From the NCBI RefSeq assembly GCF_006345805.1, contig NC_043020.1:27838001-27902000 (forward strand): a DNA stretch of 64,000 bases, in the 5' to 3' direction. Position numbers and translations under genes: made by a program. Shown piece by piece: positions 14,468-28,678 of this stretch. Position 1 is the stretch's first letter. Each line of letters starts with the position of its first letter. This DNA is from Octopus sinensis. Lineage: Eukaryota. The notes under the pieces were generated by a model. It did no database searches and was not told where the DNA came from. It worked only from the letters and a program-made list of their open reading frames with translations.

Positions 14468-15208
14468 GTTTCTAATAATCAGCCATGATTTCTATGTTAT
14501 CAATTTTAGAAAACAGGATATTGGTTTCAATGATTTACTTTTGATTTCTTACATTTCAGTGAATGCACCACAATCGATTAATTCTTCCCAGAACTAAGAA
14601 CATAAGGAAACGTGAAGATACATTCAAAAAACTTTAATTCGCAACTTCCTTCACGATTCTCTCCACCGACATTTGTCAGTAAACAAATACTTCCTGGAAT
14701 TGGATCCTCGGTTTTTACCACCTTTTAAATACACCAAATGGAATGATTCAACGCGGGATATTCTAAATACCACGACACTGGTACATTGAACTGATACAAA
14801 ATATAATTAAACAAACAATACAAACCATATTGCAGACACAGGTTTCAGGGAATTTACTACCATTCTGTATCGTAGCTACACTGAAATTTTATGAAAAAAA
14901 TATTATTATACACATCAAAGAACCGAGTGGAAGTGAAAACACATCTACCAATAACCTATCGGTGATCATATTTCTTCAACTGTTTCTTAATATATGAATG
15001 AGATCTCATATTTACAGCTGACAAAGAATCGAAAGTAGGGGAGTAAATTTCTATCTCAAAATTTACAAAATATAATAAACGGGGACCACTGTCGGCCTCT
15101 AATTTTCCTTTAAACATTTTGCACTTACAATGCACATGGATTAATATACTTTCAGACACTAAACACCAAGCAAAACTTTATGAAGAAATAGTAAAAAGAA
15201 ACGCAATA
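14464..15208 (+). promoter_or_regulatory. Conserved splice acceptor (AG 14558-14559) and leader of SLC17 copy 2
   Basis: The first ~500 bp are near-identical to 5176-5670. Confidence 0.7.
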
Positions 15209-16668
15209 ATGTCGAAATTTACCAAGGAAATTAAGCGTTATTATTCGTGTCGATGGAGATTATGCTATGCGTGTGGTGTGGCTTTTCTTCTGCTTCAGAC
15301 TTTGAGAGTCGATCTAAGTATGGCTTTTGTATGCATGTTGAAAACACCCAATCGTACAACTGAGGAAGTTAAAAATTCTACAAACAACCAACTTTGTTCT
15401 GGTTTGGAAAATCATTCAACGAACCAAACTTTCGAAGGAGAGTCGAATGGAGCAACTCACTACAATCTAATATGTTGGCTGGGTACTTCTATGGGTATAT
15501 GGTGACTGTTTTGGGTGGTATATTGGCGGACAGATATGGTGGGAAAAGAGTTCTGGGAGCTTCCCTTCTCTCAGCATCCATTCTGACCATTCTTCATCAA
15601 AGTTTATCTCGAATTAGTGGTTACATTGCGCTTGTTCTAAGGATATTAACAGGAGCAGTATCAGGGTTGTTGCCCCCAGCAATTCAGTCCTTATTTGGAC
15701 GTTGGGGACCTCCACAAGAGATAGGTTCTTTGATAGGGCTTTCATTTGCAGGTCAACTCCTTGGAAGTATTGTGGGTCTTTCAATATCAGGTTACCTTTG
15801 CGTATATGGATTCGATAATGGATGGGGTTCTATATTTTACGTATTCGGTGGAATATCGTTGGTGTTTAGTTGTATGTGGTTTTACATTGTTTATGATAAT
15901 CCAGACGTCCATCCCACTATTAGTGAAGAAAAACGTTCGTACTTAAAAAAAGCAATAAAAAGTGAAAATGCTGTTAAAAATGTACCGTGGAAACGGATGT
16001 TCTTATCACCGGCTGTCTGGGCAATAAACTTTGGCTTGTTTGCCTATGGCTGGACGAATATATCTTTCATGGTATTACTACCTTTATATATGAAAGAAGC
16101 CTTACACGTTGATACAACATCCAACGGTTTAATGTCGTCTGCTCCTTCCATTGGACAAATCATTGCTTTTCCGTTATGTGGAAGATTTGCAGATTTTTTA
16201 CGTTCAAAGAAATATCTCTCAACGCGTTCTGTTCGAATTTTATTCCAATCCTTTTCCATGGTGGCTTCAGCAAGCTTGTTGATAGCCATAGGATTTCTCA
16301 GATGTGACAAAACCGTTCTAATAACTCTCCTTTTGTTTCTCAGTGGTATAACTCTATCATTTTCCAGTGGTGGTGTTATCGTCAACAATAATGACATCGC
16401 TCCAAGTTATGCTGGTATTGTATTTGGAATTGCAAACACCTTTGTGTCAACGGCAGGCAGCCTTAGTTCGTTGGTTGCAAAAGCTCTCACCCCAAACGGT
16501 ACACAAGAAGAATGGCAGATCGTGTTTGCCTTATGTGCTGCTATATGTGTATCTGGTGCGATATTATTTGCAATATTGGTAAAAACAGAAATCCAAGATT
16601 GGGCAAACTGGGGGAGATCTAGCTCCTCCGTTCATCCTAGCGACACGACTATAAGTAGAATAGCTTAA
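15209..16668 (+). pseudogene. SLC17/sialin-like paralogue 2 with a 1-bp deletion at about 15443 (pseudogene or assembly indel; 486 aa if corrected)
   Basis: GGAGAGTCGAATGG versus GGAGAGTTCGAATGG in copy 3. The CDS is split between ORFs 15119..15505 and 15394..16668, with no other lesion. Confidence 0.8.
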
Positions 16669-16763
16669 CTACATCACTGAATATTTTTCTTTATTGCAAA
16701 TGGCGTCAATTTTATCATGAAGGAGTTCATAGGTATATGTTGTAAGTACCTAAGTATCTACAT

Positions 16764-16803
<40 letters not shown>

Positions 16804-17449
16804 GTCTGTCTGTCTATCCGTCTGTCTGTCTATCCGTCTGACTGTCTGTCTGTATGTATGTATGTATGATGTATGTATGTATGTATGTATGTATGTATGT
16901 ATAACAGCGGTTGTGAAGTGGTGATTGGGATAAAACACAATCACACATATAAATATATTTATATATAATCTACTGATGAAGCTTCGGTCGGCCCGAGGCT
17001 ATAGCAGAGAACACCCGGCCGAGCCACGCAGTGGGACTGAACCCGGAATCATGTGGTTAGGGACCAAACTTCTTACCAAAATTTGCCTTATGAACAGTCT
17101 GGACCAGGATGCTCAACTGTTTGGAAACAATCCTGTCTGTAGTTTCTATTAAATTTTGAACATAAAATGCATTTTGATAAACACGGATTGCATTATCCTT
17201 CATTATGTGTGTACATTTTTATATATGTATGTGTGTATATGATTGTGTGCAAGTCAGTATACATAATGCCTTATCTAATTAGGTATACTTATCAATTGGG
17301 GCAAATGAAAGTTGTGCAACCGATGGGAGGTGTCCTAGTATCATCTTACATAAAAATCATTCATTTACACGAAGTTGCTGACACAGATAGTCACAGTGTG
17401 AATACTTTTTACATTTTAAGTCAATGTGACTTACTTGATAAGCATGCAT

Positions 17450-17589
17450 AGGCGCCGGAGTGGCTGTGTGATAAGTAGCTTGCTTACCAACCACATGGTT
17501 CTGGGTTCCGTCCCACTGCATGGTACCTTGGGCAAGTGTCTTGTAAGTGAATTTGGTAGACTGAAACTGGAAGAAGCCCGTCGTATATG

Positions 17590-17643
<54 letters not shown>

Positions 17644-17655
17644 ATATATATGTGT

Positions 17656-17699
<44 letters not shown>

Positions 17700-17860
17700 T
17701 ATGTATGTACGTACGTACGTACGTATGTATGTATGTATGTATGTATGTATGTATTATGTATATGTTTGTGTGCCTGTGTTTGTCATCTCAACATCGCTTG
17801 ACAACCGATGCTGGTGTGTTTACGTCCCCGTAACTTAGCGGTTCTGCAAAAGAGACCAAC
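17450..17860 (+). mobile_element. tRNA-derived SINE, family A (internal microsatellite)
   Basis: GGCGC.GGAGTGGCTGTGTG...GGGTTC.GTCCCACTGC head, GGAAACTGAAAGAAGCCCGTCG-like body, microsatellite, and tail block. Many copies occur in the window. Confidence 0.85.
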
Positions 17861-18114
17861 AGCAAGGCCCAGCTGGAGGCCAAGATCAAGGAGGTGTTGG
17901 AAGATCTTCCCAGGGACACTCTGAGGTACGCATGCACCAGGTTTCGTAGTCATGGAAGTTGATGGTGGCTACTTTAAACTGTTATCTTCCAGCCACAACC
18001 TAGGTGGTAATTTTTTTTCACATTTAAAATACTCCTATCGTGGGATAGGATTTTCTTTTCCCTTTTATGCAAAGCGTAAGCTTTAGCCCGGACGTCCTAT
18101 ATGCATATAGGCTA

Positions 18115-18643
18115 ATCGGTATACATGATGCCTTATCTAATTAGGTACGTCCATGATTTGGGGTCGATGAACGTTATGAAAGAGACGAAAGTTCTCCCAA
18201 TATTAAGATAAATCTAAATTATTCCTTAACACATATTCACATACTTAAACAATGGTAGTTTGAATACGTTTTAGTTTTCAAGTCAATGCAAGTGACTTTG
18301 ATATTAAAAGACCATTCTTTACTGTCTTATTCAATCGTATTTCACTAGAAGCAGTGGATCTATTTGATGCGCTAAATATAATTGAAGCCAGGGTTGTCAT
18401 GGGTGGAATGAGGTCTAACCCAGGCCTGGTGTTTTAGAGATGACCGAGCAACAACAGTTAGCGCTTGTGCAATTACGTCACGAGCAGAATTCACGTGACA
18501 TCAAGGCATTCATGGGAAAGTGAAATGAAGGAGGGAATTAGCTCCGATTCTGTTGTGGCCTGAGTTAAGAGCGATCGCCCGTTTTATTGTATACGAGGAA
18601 GAACAAGGATGGACACGAGGAAGATGACAAAGAAACGGTAAGT
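18115..18643 (+). promoter_or_regulatory. Upstream conserved block and putative first exon of SLC17 copy 3; donor ACG|GTAAGT (GT at 18638)
   Basis: Homologous to 24890-25427 and 33790-34332; TAAATATAA at 18373; homology fades shortly after the donor. Confidence 0.7.
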
Positions 18644-18681
18644 AAAGAAAAGAGGAACAAACCCACACGCATGCACACACA

Positions 18682-18758
<77 letters not shown>

Positions 18759-19822
18759 TCACACACACACATACATACACAAATATATATATATTGTATT
18801 TCGGGACGGTCATTTTTTTCTTTCGACAAATAAATACACGCACTGTATATTTTTCTTCGCTCGTATATTACTGCTCTTATTTTATTATTTTAAGTCATGT
18901 CCATGGTCCGCAAATCTTTCATCACACATCTGTGACCTCTTCAGCCACACTTTCTGTAGAAGGAAGTAGGCTCGAAACATAAGAGACTTTCTCACCTTCC
19001 CGAGCGTCAAACTAATACACCTGCTTGTTGTTCATACACCTGACTTCGTTTTTTGTTTTTCTATAAATTTTAGCTTAATACAAAGAAATTTTTAAATATA
19101 AAAAAATTGATTAAATTTTTTAAATTTGCAATAAAGAGCAAAATTATACAAAAACTGCAGAAATTTCTTTAACAAATTCTAACTTCAGCAGCAATATTTT
19201 AAGTCCATTTTATTTCGTCGTGTCCTGTACCTTCCAGGTTCAATACATAGTAATATTTTATAACTCTATGCCCGCCTTTTTCATCCTGATCCACTTTTTC
19301 TCCTGGCAACGCTTCTATTATTATAAGTGATTATATTTAGCTTTATTATTGAACAAATTATACTATTGCAAATATTCTTTAATAAATTAAGATTGTTTCA
19401 AACTTAGAAATTTTCTTGTCACCTAAAAGTAACAAAGGATTAAAAGCAACACATCTGTTACAAAGAAATATATTTTTAAACAATTTTTATTATAAAGTAA
19501 CGTCATTTTCTAAATAAATAGTTTAATTATTAATTGTTTTTAATGAGTATTTTTTAAAATATTAATATGCATATATTTTAATTCGTAAGCATAAGAATCA
19601 AAATTAATATGAAATCAAAGAAAATCATAACTTGTACATGTTTAATATTTTTGGCGGGGTTGTCACCAAAATGTTCAAAGTCCGAGAGTTTCGTGCGTTA
19701 GCAATTATCGAACTTTGATAAGTAGCAGCGCCCGAAACTCGCGGACCTTGAGTTACTTTGTTGCTTCTGCTTTATACACACACACACACGCACACACACA
19801 CACACACACATACACACACACT

Positions 19823-19855
<33 letters not shown>

Positions 19856-19903
19856 ACACACTCACACACACACACACACACACACACAACACACACACAC
19901 ACA

Positions 19904-19941
<38 letters not shown>

Positions 19942-20039
19942 GCAATGCATTGCAAGCCACACTAAAATTTGCAAAAAAATTTTTCTGCGTGCAGGGTATG
20001 CGTCGCCTCTCGGATGCCTTTTGTTTTTTCATTAATATT

Positions 20040-20918
20040 AATTTCTTACATTTCAGTGAATGCACCATATTCGAGTGATTCCTGCTTCAATTGAGAATTT
20101 TAAAAGACAAAGAAATACTCCAAGAACTTTATTTCTAAACTTCACCAATTTTCCCCAGCGACATTTGTTACTGAACTAAAATTTCCTGAAGTTGGATCCT
20201 CGGTTTTTACCACATTATGAATACACCAAATGGAATGATTCAACATGGAATAGAAACTATATTCTAAATACCACCACACTGGTACATTGAACTGATACAA
20301 AATATAATTAAACAAACAATACAAACCATATTGCAGACACAGCTTTCAAGGAATTTACTACCATTCTGTATCACAGCTACATCCTGTATTGAAAAAAAAT
20401 ATTTGCATCACAGAAGCGAGTGGAAGTGAACACGCTTCTCTCAATAAACAGTCGGTAACCTCATTTCTTTCAGCAGTTTCTTATGGATGAGCGAGGTATA
20501 ATAATGATTGTAGACAGAAAGAACTCGAAATTGTGCTGTTAATTCCTGTACCAAACTTTACGGAATATTAAAAAAATTCCAGAACCTGTATTATCTCTAA
20601 CTTATTGACACAACTCTGCGCATCCACAGTTATTTTGTATTCCTATTTCGAAACAAAGCAGGAACTAAATAAATGACCAAATGGTCATAACTGACGATTA
20701 TCGATACTTGCTTTGATTGTGATTGATTAATGACTTTCGGAATTATTTATCGATAACAACTGACGCATCCATAGAATTCAGTTGTTAAAAGGGATCTAAT
20801 GTCACCCTCTTACGTTTCTTTGGATATTTTAGACTTACAATGCACACGGATTAATATACTTTCAGACATTAAACACCAAGCAAAACTTTATGAAGAAATA
20901 GTAAAAAGAAACGTAATA
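20040..20918 (+). promoter_or_regulatory. Splice acceptor (AG 20055-20056) and leader of SLC17 copy 3
   Basis: ATTTCTTACATTTCAG|TGAATGCACC followed by the homologous leader. Confidence 0.7.
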
Positions 20919-22331
20919 ATGTCGAAATTTACCGAGGAAATTAAGCGTTATTATTCGTGTCGATGGAGATTATGCTATGCTTGTGGTGTGGCTTTTCTTC
21001 TGCTTCAGACTTTAAGAGTTGATCTAAGTATGGCTTTTGTATGCATGTTGAAAACGCACAATCGTACAACTGAGGAAGTTAACAATTCTACAAACAACCA
21101 ACTTTGTTCTGGTTTGGAAAATCATTCAACAAACCAAACTTTCGAAGGAGAGTTCGAATGGAGCAACTCACTACAATCTAACATGTTGGCTGGGTACTTC
21201 TATGGGTTTCTAGTGACTGTATTGGGTGGCGTATTGGCGGACAAATATGGTGGGAAAAGAGTTCTGGGAGCTTCCCTTCTCTCAGCATCCATCCTGGCCA
21301 TTCTTCATCCAAGTTTATCTCGAATTAGTGGTTACATTACGCTTGTTCTAAGGATATTAACAGGAGCAGCATCGGGGCTGTTGCCCCCAGCAATTCAGTC
21401 CTTATTTGGACGCTGGGGACCTCCACAAATGATAGGTGTATTGATAGGGTTTGCATTTGCTGGTCAAATTCTAGGTAGCATTGTAGGTCTTTCAATATCT
21501 GGTTTTCTTTGTGATTATGGATTCGATAATGGATGGGGTTCCATATTCTATGTATTTGGTGGGTTATCGTTGGTGTTTAGTTGTGTGTGGTTTTATGTTG
21601 TTTACGATAATCCAAATGTCCATCCTACAATCATCGAAGAAGAACTTTCTTATTTAAACAAAGCTATAATATGTGAAAATATAGTTAGAATAGTACCGTG
21701 GAAACGGTTGTTGTTATCACCTGCAGTATGGGCAATTAATGTTGGTTTATTTACTTGGACGAATATATCTTTCATGGTATTACTACCTTTATATATGAAA
21801 GAAGCCTTACACGTTAATACAACGTCCAACGGTTTAATGTCGTCTGCTCCTTCCATTGGACAAATCATTGCTTTTCCGTTATGTAGAAAATTTGCAGATT
21901 TTTTACGTTCAAAGAAATATCTCTCAACGCGTTCAGTTCGGATTTTATTCAAATCTTTTTCTATGATAATTTCAGTAAGTTTTTTGATAGCCATGGGATT
22001 TCTCAGATGTGACAGAACTATTCTAATAACTCTGCTTTTGTTTCTCAGTGGTATATCGCTATCATTTACCAGTGGCGGTGTTCTCGTTAACAGCAGAGAC
22101 ATCGCTCCATGTTATGCTGATATTATATATGGAATCGGTAACACTTTTGGGTCAATGGCAGGCAGCCTTAGTTCCTTGGTTGCAAAAGCTCTCACCCCAA
22201 ACGGTACACAAGAAGAATGGCAGATCGTGTTTGTCTTATGCGCTGCTATATGTGTATCTGGTGCAATATTGTTTGCAATATTGGTAAGAACAGAGATCCA
22301 AGAGTGGGCAAGTTCAGAGGGATCTAGCTAG
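20919..22331 (+). CDS. SLC17/sialin-like transporter, paralogue 3 (470 aa from the conserved ATG; an in-frame upstream ATG lies at 20799)
   Basis: Same motifs as copy 1; the start context ATAATGTCGAA is shared by all six; 2-codon deletion in TM7. Confidence 0.9.
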   Translation: MSKFTEEIKRYYSCRWRLCYACGVAFLLLQTLRVDLSMAFVCMLKTHNRTTEEVNNSTNNQLCSGLENHSTNQTFEGEFEWSNSLQSNMLAGYFYGFLVTVLGGVLADKYGGKRVLGASLLSASILAILHPSLSRISGYITLVLRILTGAASGLLPPAIQSLFGRWGPPQMIGVLIGFAFAGQILGSIVGLSISGFLCDYGFDNGWGSIFYVFGGLSLVFSCVWFYVVYDNPNVHPTIIEEELSYLNKAIICENIVRIVPWKRLLLSPAVWAINVGLFTWTNISFMVLLPLYMKEALHVNTTSNGLMSSAPSIGQIIAFPLCRKFADFLRSKKYLSTRSVRILFKSFSMIISVSFLIAMGFLRCDRTILITLLLFLSGISLSFTSGGVLVNSRDIAPCYADIIYGIGNTFGSMAGSLSSLVAKALTPNGTQEEWQIVFVLCAAICVSGAILFAILVRTEIQEWASSEGSS

Positions 22332-24359
22332 CTTATTTGTTAGAATATAAATAAGCAGCCTAACTAGATTACTGTATGCTTTTGGTAGATGGCTTATGAT
22401 ATTATTATTATTATCATACAGTATCACATAAACTAACAGGAAAACCGCCCTCCGTATCATATAGATATGATACATAGATTATAGAGTAAATTGACAATAT
22501 GCTCATGAACTGAACAAAAATTCTGTTTTAGTTTATTCTGTAATCAGTAAAATAATCCATGATACATTTAAAGACGATAATGAAAATTGGAAAAGAGATG
22601 AGACTGTCAAGGGAAAATGTTCATTTGAAAATAGATTCTCTGCTGGGAATTAAGGAATTACATTTACCAATATGAAGAATTGAGTTTTGGTATATCGTTG
22701 TGTCATTATATTCATTTATAGACGTCTAAAGAGTTTCTAATGTCCCTTTCCTAGCAATTAAGAAGAAACTTAAATACATTTCAATTAAAAGAGGGTAATG
22801 AATGTCTATCATCACTGTAGAATTTTTTTGCAGACACAACTGTCAGCAAATGGACCCCTTTTCATTTATCTTGGTTAATATTTTTATATTTTCTTTTCTC
22901 GACGCTTTTGACAATGCAACATACATCTGACCATTTGCGAAGAAATGTGTTGGGAGATGATATTATTGAATAAATAATTTCAAGGTGGTTTCCCACCATG
23001 AGCGCAGTCTAATACAATTTGAAAACTTAATCCTATTAGATAGAGATTATTGTTTTTGCACAATGTAATCCTTTTAAAAATAATTTATTCACTTATTTTC
23101 TTTTTTTTTTTTCGCTTTATTATATTTTTTTTACAAACGCTATTTGTTTACATATGGAATTCAAACGCAAGTCGACATTTAAAACAGAAGCAAATCTTGT
23201 AATATTAAGGATTATAATTTATGTTTCATATACAAATAAACGTTATACTTTAAACATTTTTTAATATTCATTCATAATTTCTTCAAAGTAATATGACATT
23301 TTTTTTAATAAACTGGGAAAAAATATAAACTGGACACAGTCCTGCACTTCTTCAGCGTGGTGGTTTATTTTGTAATAAGTAGATATCAATATGTATGTAT
23401 GCATGAATCAATACATATATATATATATATACATGCACACACATGTATATATTATGAATATGTGTGTGCGAGTGTCTGTGTATTTGTACATACGTATGTA
23501 TGCATGTGTATACATACAGACACATGCATAACAACGCTGTCATTCACACATATATGTATATATTAGGAAAATATATATGCGAGTATATAGGTATGTATAT
23601 AGGAATAACTGAAGACAGAAATAGAAATGCTGATCATCACAAGTCAGTACAGAATGCGGCAAAGAAAATGAACGGAAATTGTAATGTGATATTCTTATCT
23701 TGACAGCTGTTTCGGGTGAAGTACGGCTTATGCCGTAACAATGTTCATAAATAATAAGGACCTATGCTGTAGGGGTATGAAATACCATCAGTTCCCATGA
23801 ATCTGTTGGGCAAATCCAGGTCACCTTTGTCCGAAGAATTAAAAGCAAAACGTGTAATTTATAGCAGTGTTTATATATATAAAGTTTTGGAAAAGATAGA
23901 GAGGGCGAGATAAGGAAAATCAAGAGAGAGGTGGAGGTAACTGAAAGAGAATGACTATTATGAAGGCATCAGGAAAGGGCGAGATTAAGTATATGATAAG
24001 GGTGGGAGAGAGCAGGATGGTCTGTGTCAAAGGGTAGACAACGGCAAGGAAACAGAAGTGAGTGTCAGTAGTCAGATAAGTAGATTGCGGGTGGGGGGAA
24101 TAGATAAATATGGCTATCGTAGAAGGATTCAGATAAGAAGTGTAGGAGGAGGAAGTAAGGTATGGGTAAGAGAAGGAGGAAAGGGCGAATTAGGGGACAA
24201 TAATAATCTGTAAAAACGATGGGTTTTCACTCGAATTAGAGATAAGTTTCAAGTAGAAAGAATTTATTAGAATGTCTCCAAGAAGCGGTCCAGAATTCCA
24301 CAGACATCGACAGGCTCCGAAAGGCATGATTAGGATGGTAAAAGGGTATTACCAGAGTT

Positions 24360-24660
24360 CAAGGAACTTAAAAGATAAAGTTTATGGTACAAAATCGTTA
24401 ACAATGGATAAATTGAGAGTAGCCATGACTCGAGAATGCGCGCAAATACCGACCGAAAGGTTTCTTGAAGTTTCCGACTCCGCTGGTTCCCGTTATCAGC
24501 AATGTCCGGACCAGAACGGTCAACCGTTCGAAAACAGACGTTCATGAAATAATTAAGTTCTGTCTGTAGATTCTATGAAATTTTGAACATAAAATGTATT
24601 TTAATAGACAAAGGTTATATAATCAAACGATATGTGTACACATTTTTCTTAAACATCCTA
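24360..24660 (+). mobile_element. Tc1/mariner transposase C-terminal remnant with right end
   Basis: LKDKVYGTKSLTMDKLRVAMTRECAQIP...RYQQCPDQNGQPFEN. Related pieces lie at about 17090-17220 and 31300-31485. Confidence 0.7.
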
Positions 24661-24682
24661 TATATGTATATATGTATATGTG

Positions 24683-24805
<123 letters not shown>

Positions 24806-24811
24806 TGTGTG

Positions 24812-24861
<50 letters not shown>

Positions 24862-24889
24862 TGTGTGTGTGTGTGTGTGCACGTATATG

Positions 24890-25427
24890 CTATTCAGTTA
24901 ACATAATGCCTTATCTAATAGATGTATATTTATCAACTGGGACAAATGGAAGTAATGTGTAACAGACGACAGCTGGTCAAGTATTATGTTATATATAAAT
25001 GATTCTTTTAACATGTTCACACATTCAGAAACTGACAGTGTGGATATTTGGTGATTACCGTGTCAATATGAGCGACTTTAATATTAAAAGACCATTCCTT
25101 ACTGTCTTATGAGATCACATATTACTTGATGCCGTAGGTCTATTAGAAGCGCTAAATATAATTGGAGACAGCGTTGTCATAGGTGGAATGAAGTCTACCA
25201 TAGACTTGGAATTTCAGGAATTACTGAGCGTTAACAATTAAATCGTGTGTCATTCTGTTACTGGAGGATTACATGACATCAAGGCATTCGTAGGAAGGTA
25301 ATAGATACCGAATGAAGGAGAGAATTTGTTCAGATTCTGTTGTAGCTTGAGTTGACAATGATCGCAGGCGCCATTGTATACGAAGGGCCAGGAGAGACGT
25401 GAGAAAGATGACAAAGAAACGGTAAGT
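24890..25427 (+). promoter_or_regulatory. Upstream conserved block and putative first exon of SLC17 copy 4; donor GT at 25422
   Basis: AGATGACAAAGAAACG|GTAAGT; TAAATATAA at 25153; near-identical to 33790-34332. Confidence 0.72.
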
Positions 25428-25670
25428 AAAGAGAAACACAAACACACACACACATACATGTACACATACATATATACGTGTTGTCCTCTTTAATGATTAT
25501 ATATCCCCTATATCGGAAATCTGCAATGGCTCCATAACTACAGTCTTGGCTATAACGATGGATCACCAGTAATCCGTTACAGCACTTACCTAGCGTACCT
25601 AGTCGTTTAGATCACCTGTGAACTAAACCCCCATATTTTGCGTGTGTGTGTGTGTGTATGTATGTATTTG

Positions 25671-25715
<45 letters not shown>

Positions 25716-25932
25716 ATATATATATATACATACACACACACAAACACCGATTATGTCGATTATACATTGATGTAAGAATAGGTTGTTGTATAAAGCTTGA
25801 AACACGTGTACCGCGACATCCTTTGTGTTCTGTTTTTTATTTCATTTGATGCATATACCCTCTCACCTCTGTTACTAGCTGGCATATACAGGTGCTTACA
25901 CCTATCAAGTATTCACCCTGAATTTATGTATA

Positions 25933-25968
<36 letters not shown>

Positions 25969-25986
25969 TGCATGCATGTATGTATG

Positions 25987-26017
<31 letters not shown>

Positions 26018-26307
26018 GTATGTATGTACATAACCCAATAAGGTTCGAAAATCGATTAAGATTGTTCATCATTTCTCTCAGTCTGCGGAGAAATGGCTAG
26101 AATTTACCCTGTTCATAATTATACCATATCTTGCATATATATTATATCATACTTTGATAATGTCTGGACTAAGACCCCCGTTGACAAGCCGCTGGTATTC
26201 ATAGAGTGTCAATTAGAAATTCCTTCATAGAGTAAATGCTGCATTTGTTGAGTATATAAACAATTTGGCTGTTTGTTTCTCTGAAGATCGTCAAAGTGAT
26301 GTGGACA

Positions 26308-26348
26308 CCTCTGATGAGAAACCAATGAGTTTCGAAAACCGATTAAGG
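26308..26348 (+). ncRNA. Minimal hammerhead ribozyme motif
   Basis: CCT-CTGATGA-GAAAC(caatga)GTTTC-GAAAACCGATTA-AGG. A partial duplicate at about 26045 keeps the palindromic AATCGATT stem III. Confidence 0.65.
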
Positions 26349-26420
26349 CTGCTCATCATTTTTTCCAGTCTGAGGAGAATAGCTAAAAGTTGCCCTGTTA
26401 ATAAATATACCATAAGTTAC

Positions 26421-26483
<63 letters not shown>

Positions 26484-26772
26484 CATACATACACATACAT
26501 ACATACATACATACATACATACATACATACACATACATACATACATATATATATATAGTTAAGTTAAGTTAATTTTTTGGCTCAAAAAGAAAAAAAGCAA
26601 GGCCATGTAGGGGGACATGGAGTTATGTACAGGGAGGGTGGTCATGCAAAGAGTTCGGGCCATTTCTGGTCAAGAGAGACCTTGAACCGAGCGGTCGTCG
26701 GCATCTTCACTATCTCGTCCGGCAGCTTATTCCACGGATCCGCAACCCGGACGTATGTATGTATGAATATAT

Positions 26773-27027
26773 AAAGTTGGTGCATAACTACTGCGGCTTT
26801 TTTCAATAAATTTTATTCAACAAAAACAATAACAACATTTAACAAAACATCTTTAACTGATTATTCCGGAGCATATTCACCATCTACTTCAATTACTGCT
26901 TCCCATTTGCTTGGCAGCCGGATGGAATCATCATTTAAAGATGTTTTTGTTAAAATGTTGTTATTGTTTTTGTTGAATAAGATCTATTGTAAAAAAAAAA
27001 AAGCCGCAAAAATTATGCACCAACATT
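26773..27027. mobile_element. Mariner-derived MITE / internally deleted mariner
   Basis: About 90-bp inverted arms starting GTTGGTGCATAA. The centre on the minus strand encodes RLPSKWEAVIEVDGEYAPE*, a mariner transposase C-terminus. Confidence 0.8.
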
Positions 27028-27032
27028 AATAT

Positions 27033-27108
<76 letters not shown>

Positions 27109-27215
27109 CATATATACATACATACATATATATTTTCTCTATGTATATAAACATGCATATTATATATATTATATATATATATACACACACATACATACAT
27201 ACATACATACATACA

Positions 27216-27251
<36 letters not shown>

Positions 27252-27358
27252 TATATATAATATTAGGGAGTATATCCAAACTTACAAGGAAAAATTAGAT
27301 TTAGGATTAAATCAAATTTTCCAGTATAAATATAAATTAAATTTTATCTCTAATTGGT

Positions 27359-27702
<344 letters not shown>

Positions 27703-28678
27703 TACAATTATCAGTAATGGAAAATATAATATTGCACTCAATGATTTTGTATTGATTTCTTACATTTCAGTGAATGCACGACAATCGATTAATTCTTGCC
27801 TGAACCAACAACATAAAGAGACGTCAAGAAATGCTCAAAGGTCTTCATTTCTCAACTTCATCAATTCTGACCGCCGACATTTTTCTCTGAACTATTTTTT
27901 CCTAAAGCTGGACTTACAGATTTTGCCATGTTTTGAATGCAAGGATTGAATTATACAGAATGACCGGAACTTGAAAATATATAATAAATGCCAGCGCACA
28001 GGCGTACTGAACTAATACAAAAGATAACTAAACAAATAATTCAAACTGTATCGCAAACACAGCGTTTTTCTTGTTGATTAACATCCAATGTCGCAGCTAT
28101 ACTGGACTTTTACAAAAATATGTTATATAAATAAAAGAACCAAACGGAAATGAATACATACTTTATACTTACCGACCGGTTACGACGTAACTTCCAACAT
28201 TGTCTTATGCCTGTCTGAGGTCTCATACTTACAGTAGATACAGAAAGAATTAGAAGTAGTGTTGTTGATTCCTGGCCTAAACATTATAAAAGAATCCCTG
28301 AACCTGTATTCTCTGTAATTTAGTGTCACAACTCTGCATCTTCACTGTAACATTATTTCTTGATTGTGTTCTTGGCCAGACGTGACGTTTTCTATTTCTA
28401 ACGTAAAGAGAACGAAATTACTAACCAAATTATTATAACTGACGATTATCAATACTTGCCGTGATAGTGATTGATTAATGACTTTCGGATTTATCGATAA
28501 TAAATTACCCATCCACAAGTTTACCAAATAAAAGAATTCAGTTGTTAAAAGGGGACTACCGTTGCCCCCGTGTGTTTATTTTGATATTTTGGACTTACAA
28601 TGCACACGGATTAATATACTTTCAGACATAAAACATCAAGCAAGACTTTATGAAGAAAGAGTAAAAAGAAACGCAATA
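27703..28678 (+). promoter_or_regulatory. Splice acceptor (AG 27769-27770) and leader of SLC17 copy 4
   Basis: TTGATTTCTTACATTTCAG|TGAATGCACG followed by the homologous leader. Confidence 0.7.

Noticed and set aside
20799-20918. About 30-40 aa N-terminal extensions in the ORF track for copies 2-4
   Set aside because: Only copy 3 has a true ATG there; all six share the ATAATGTCGAA start, and the extension is absent in copies 1 and 6.
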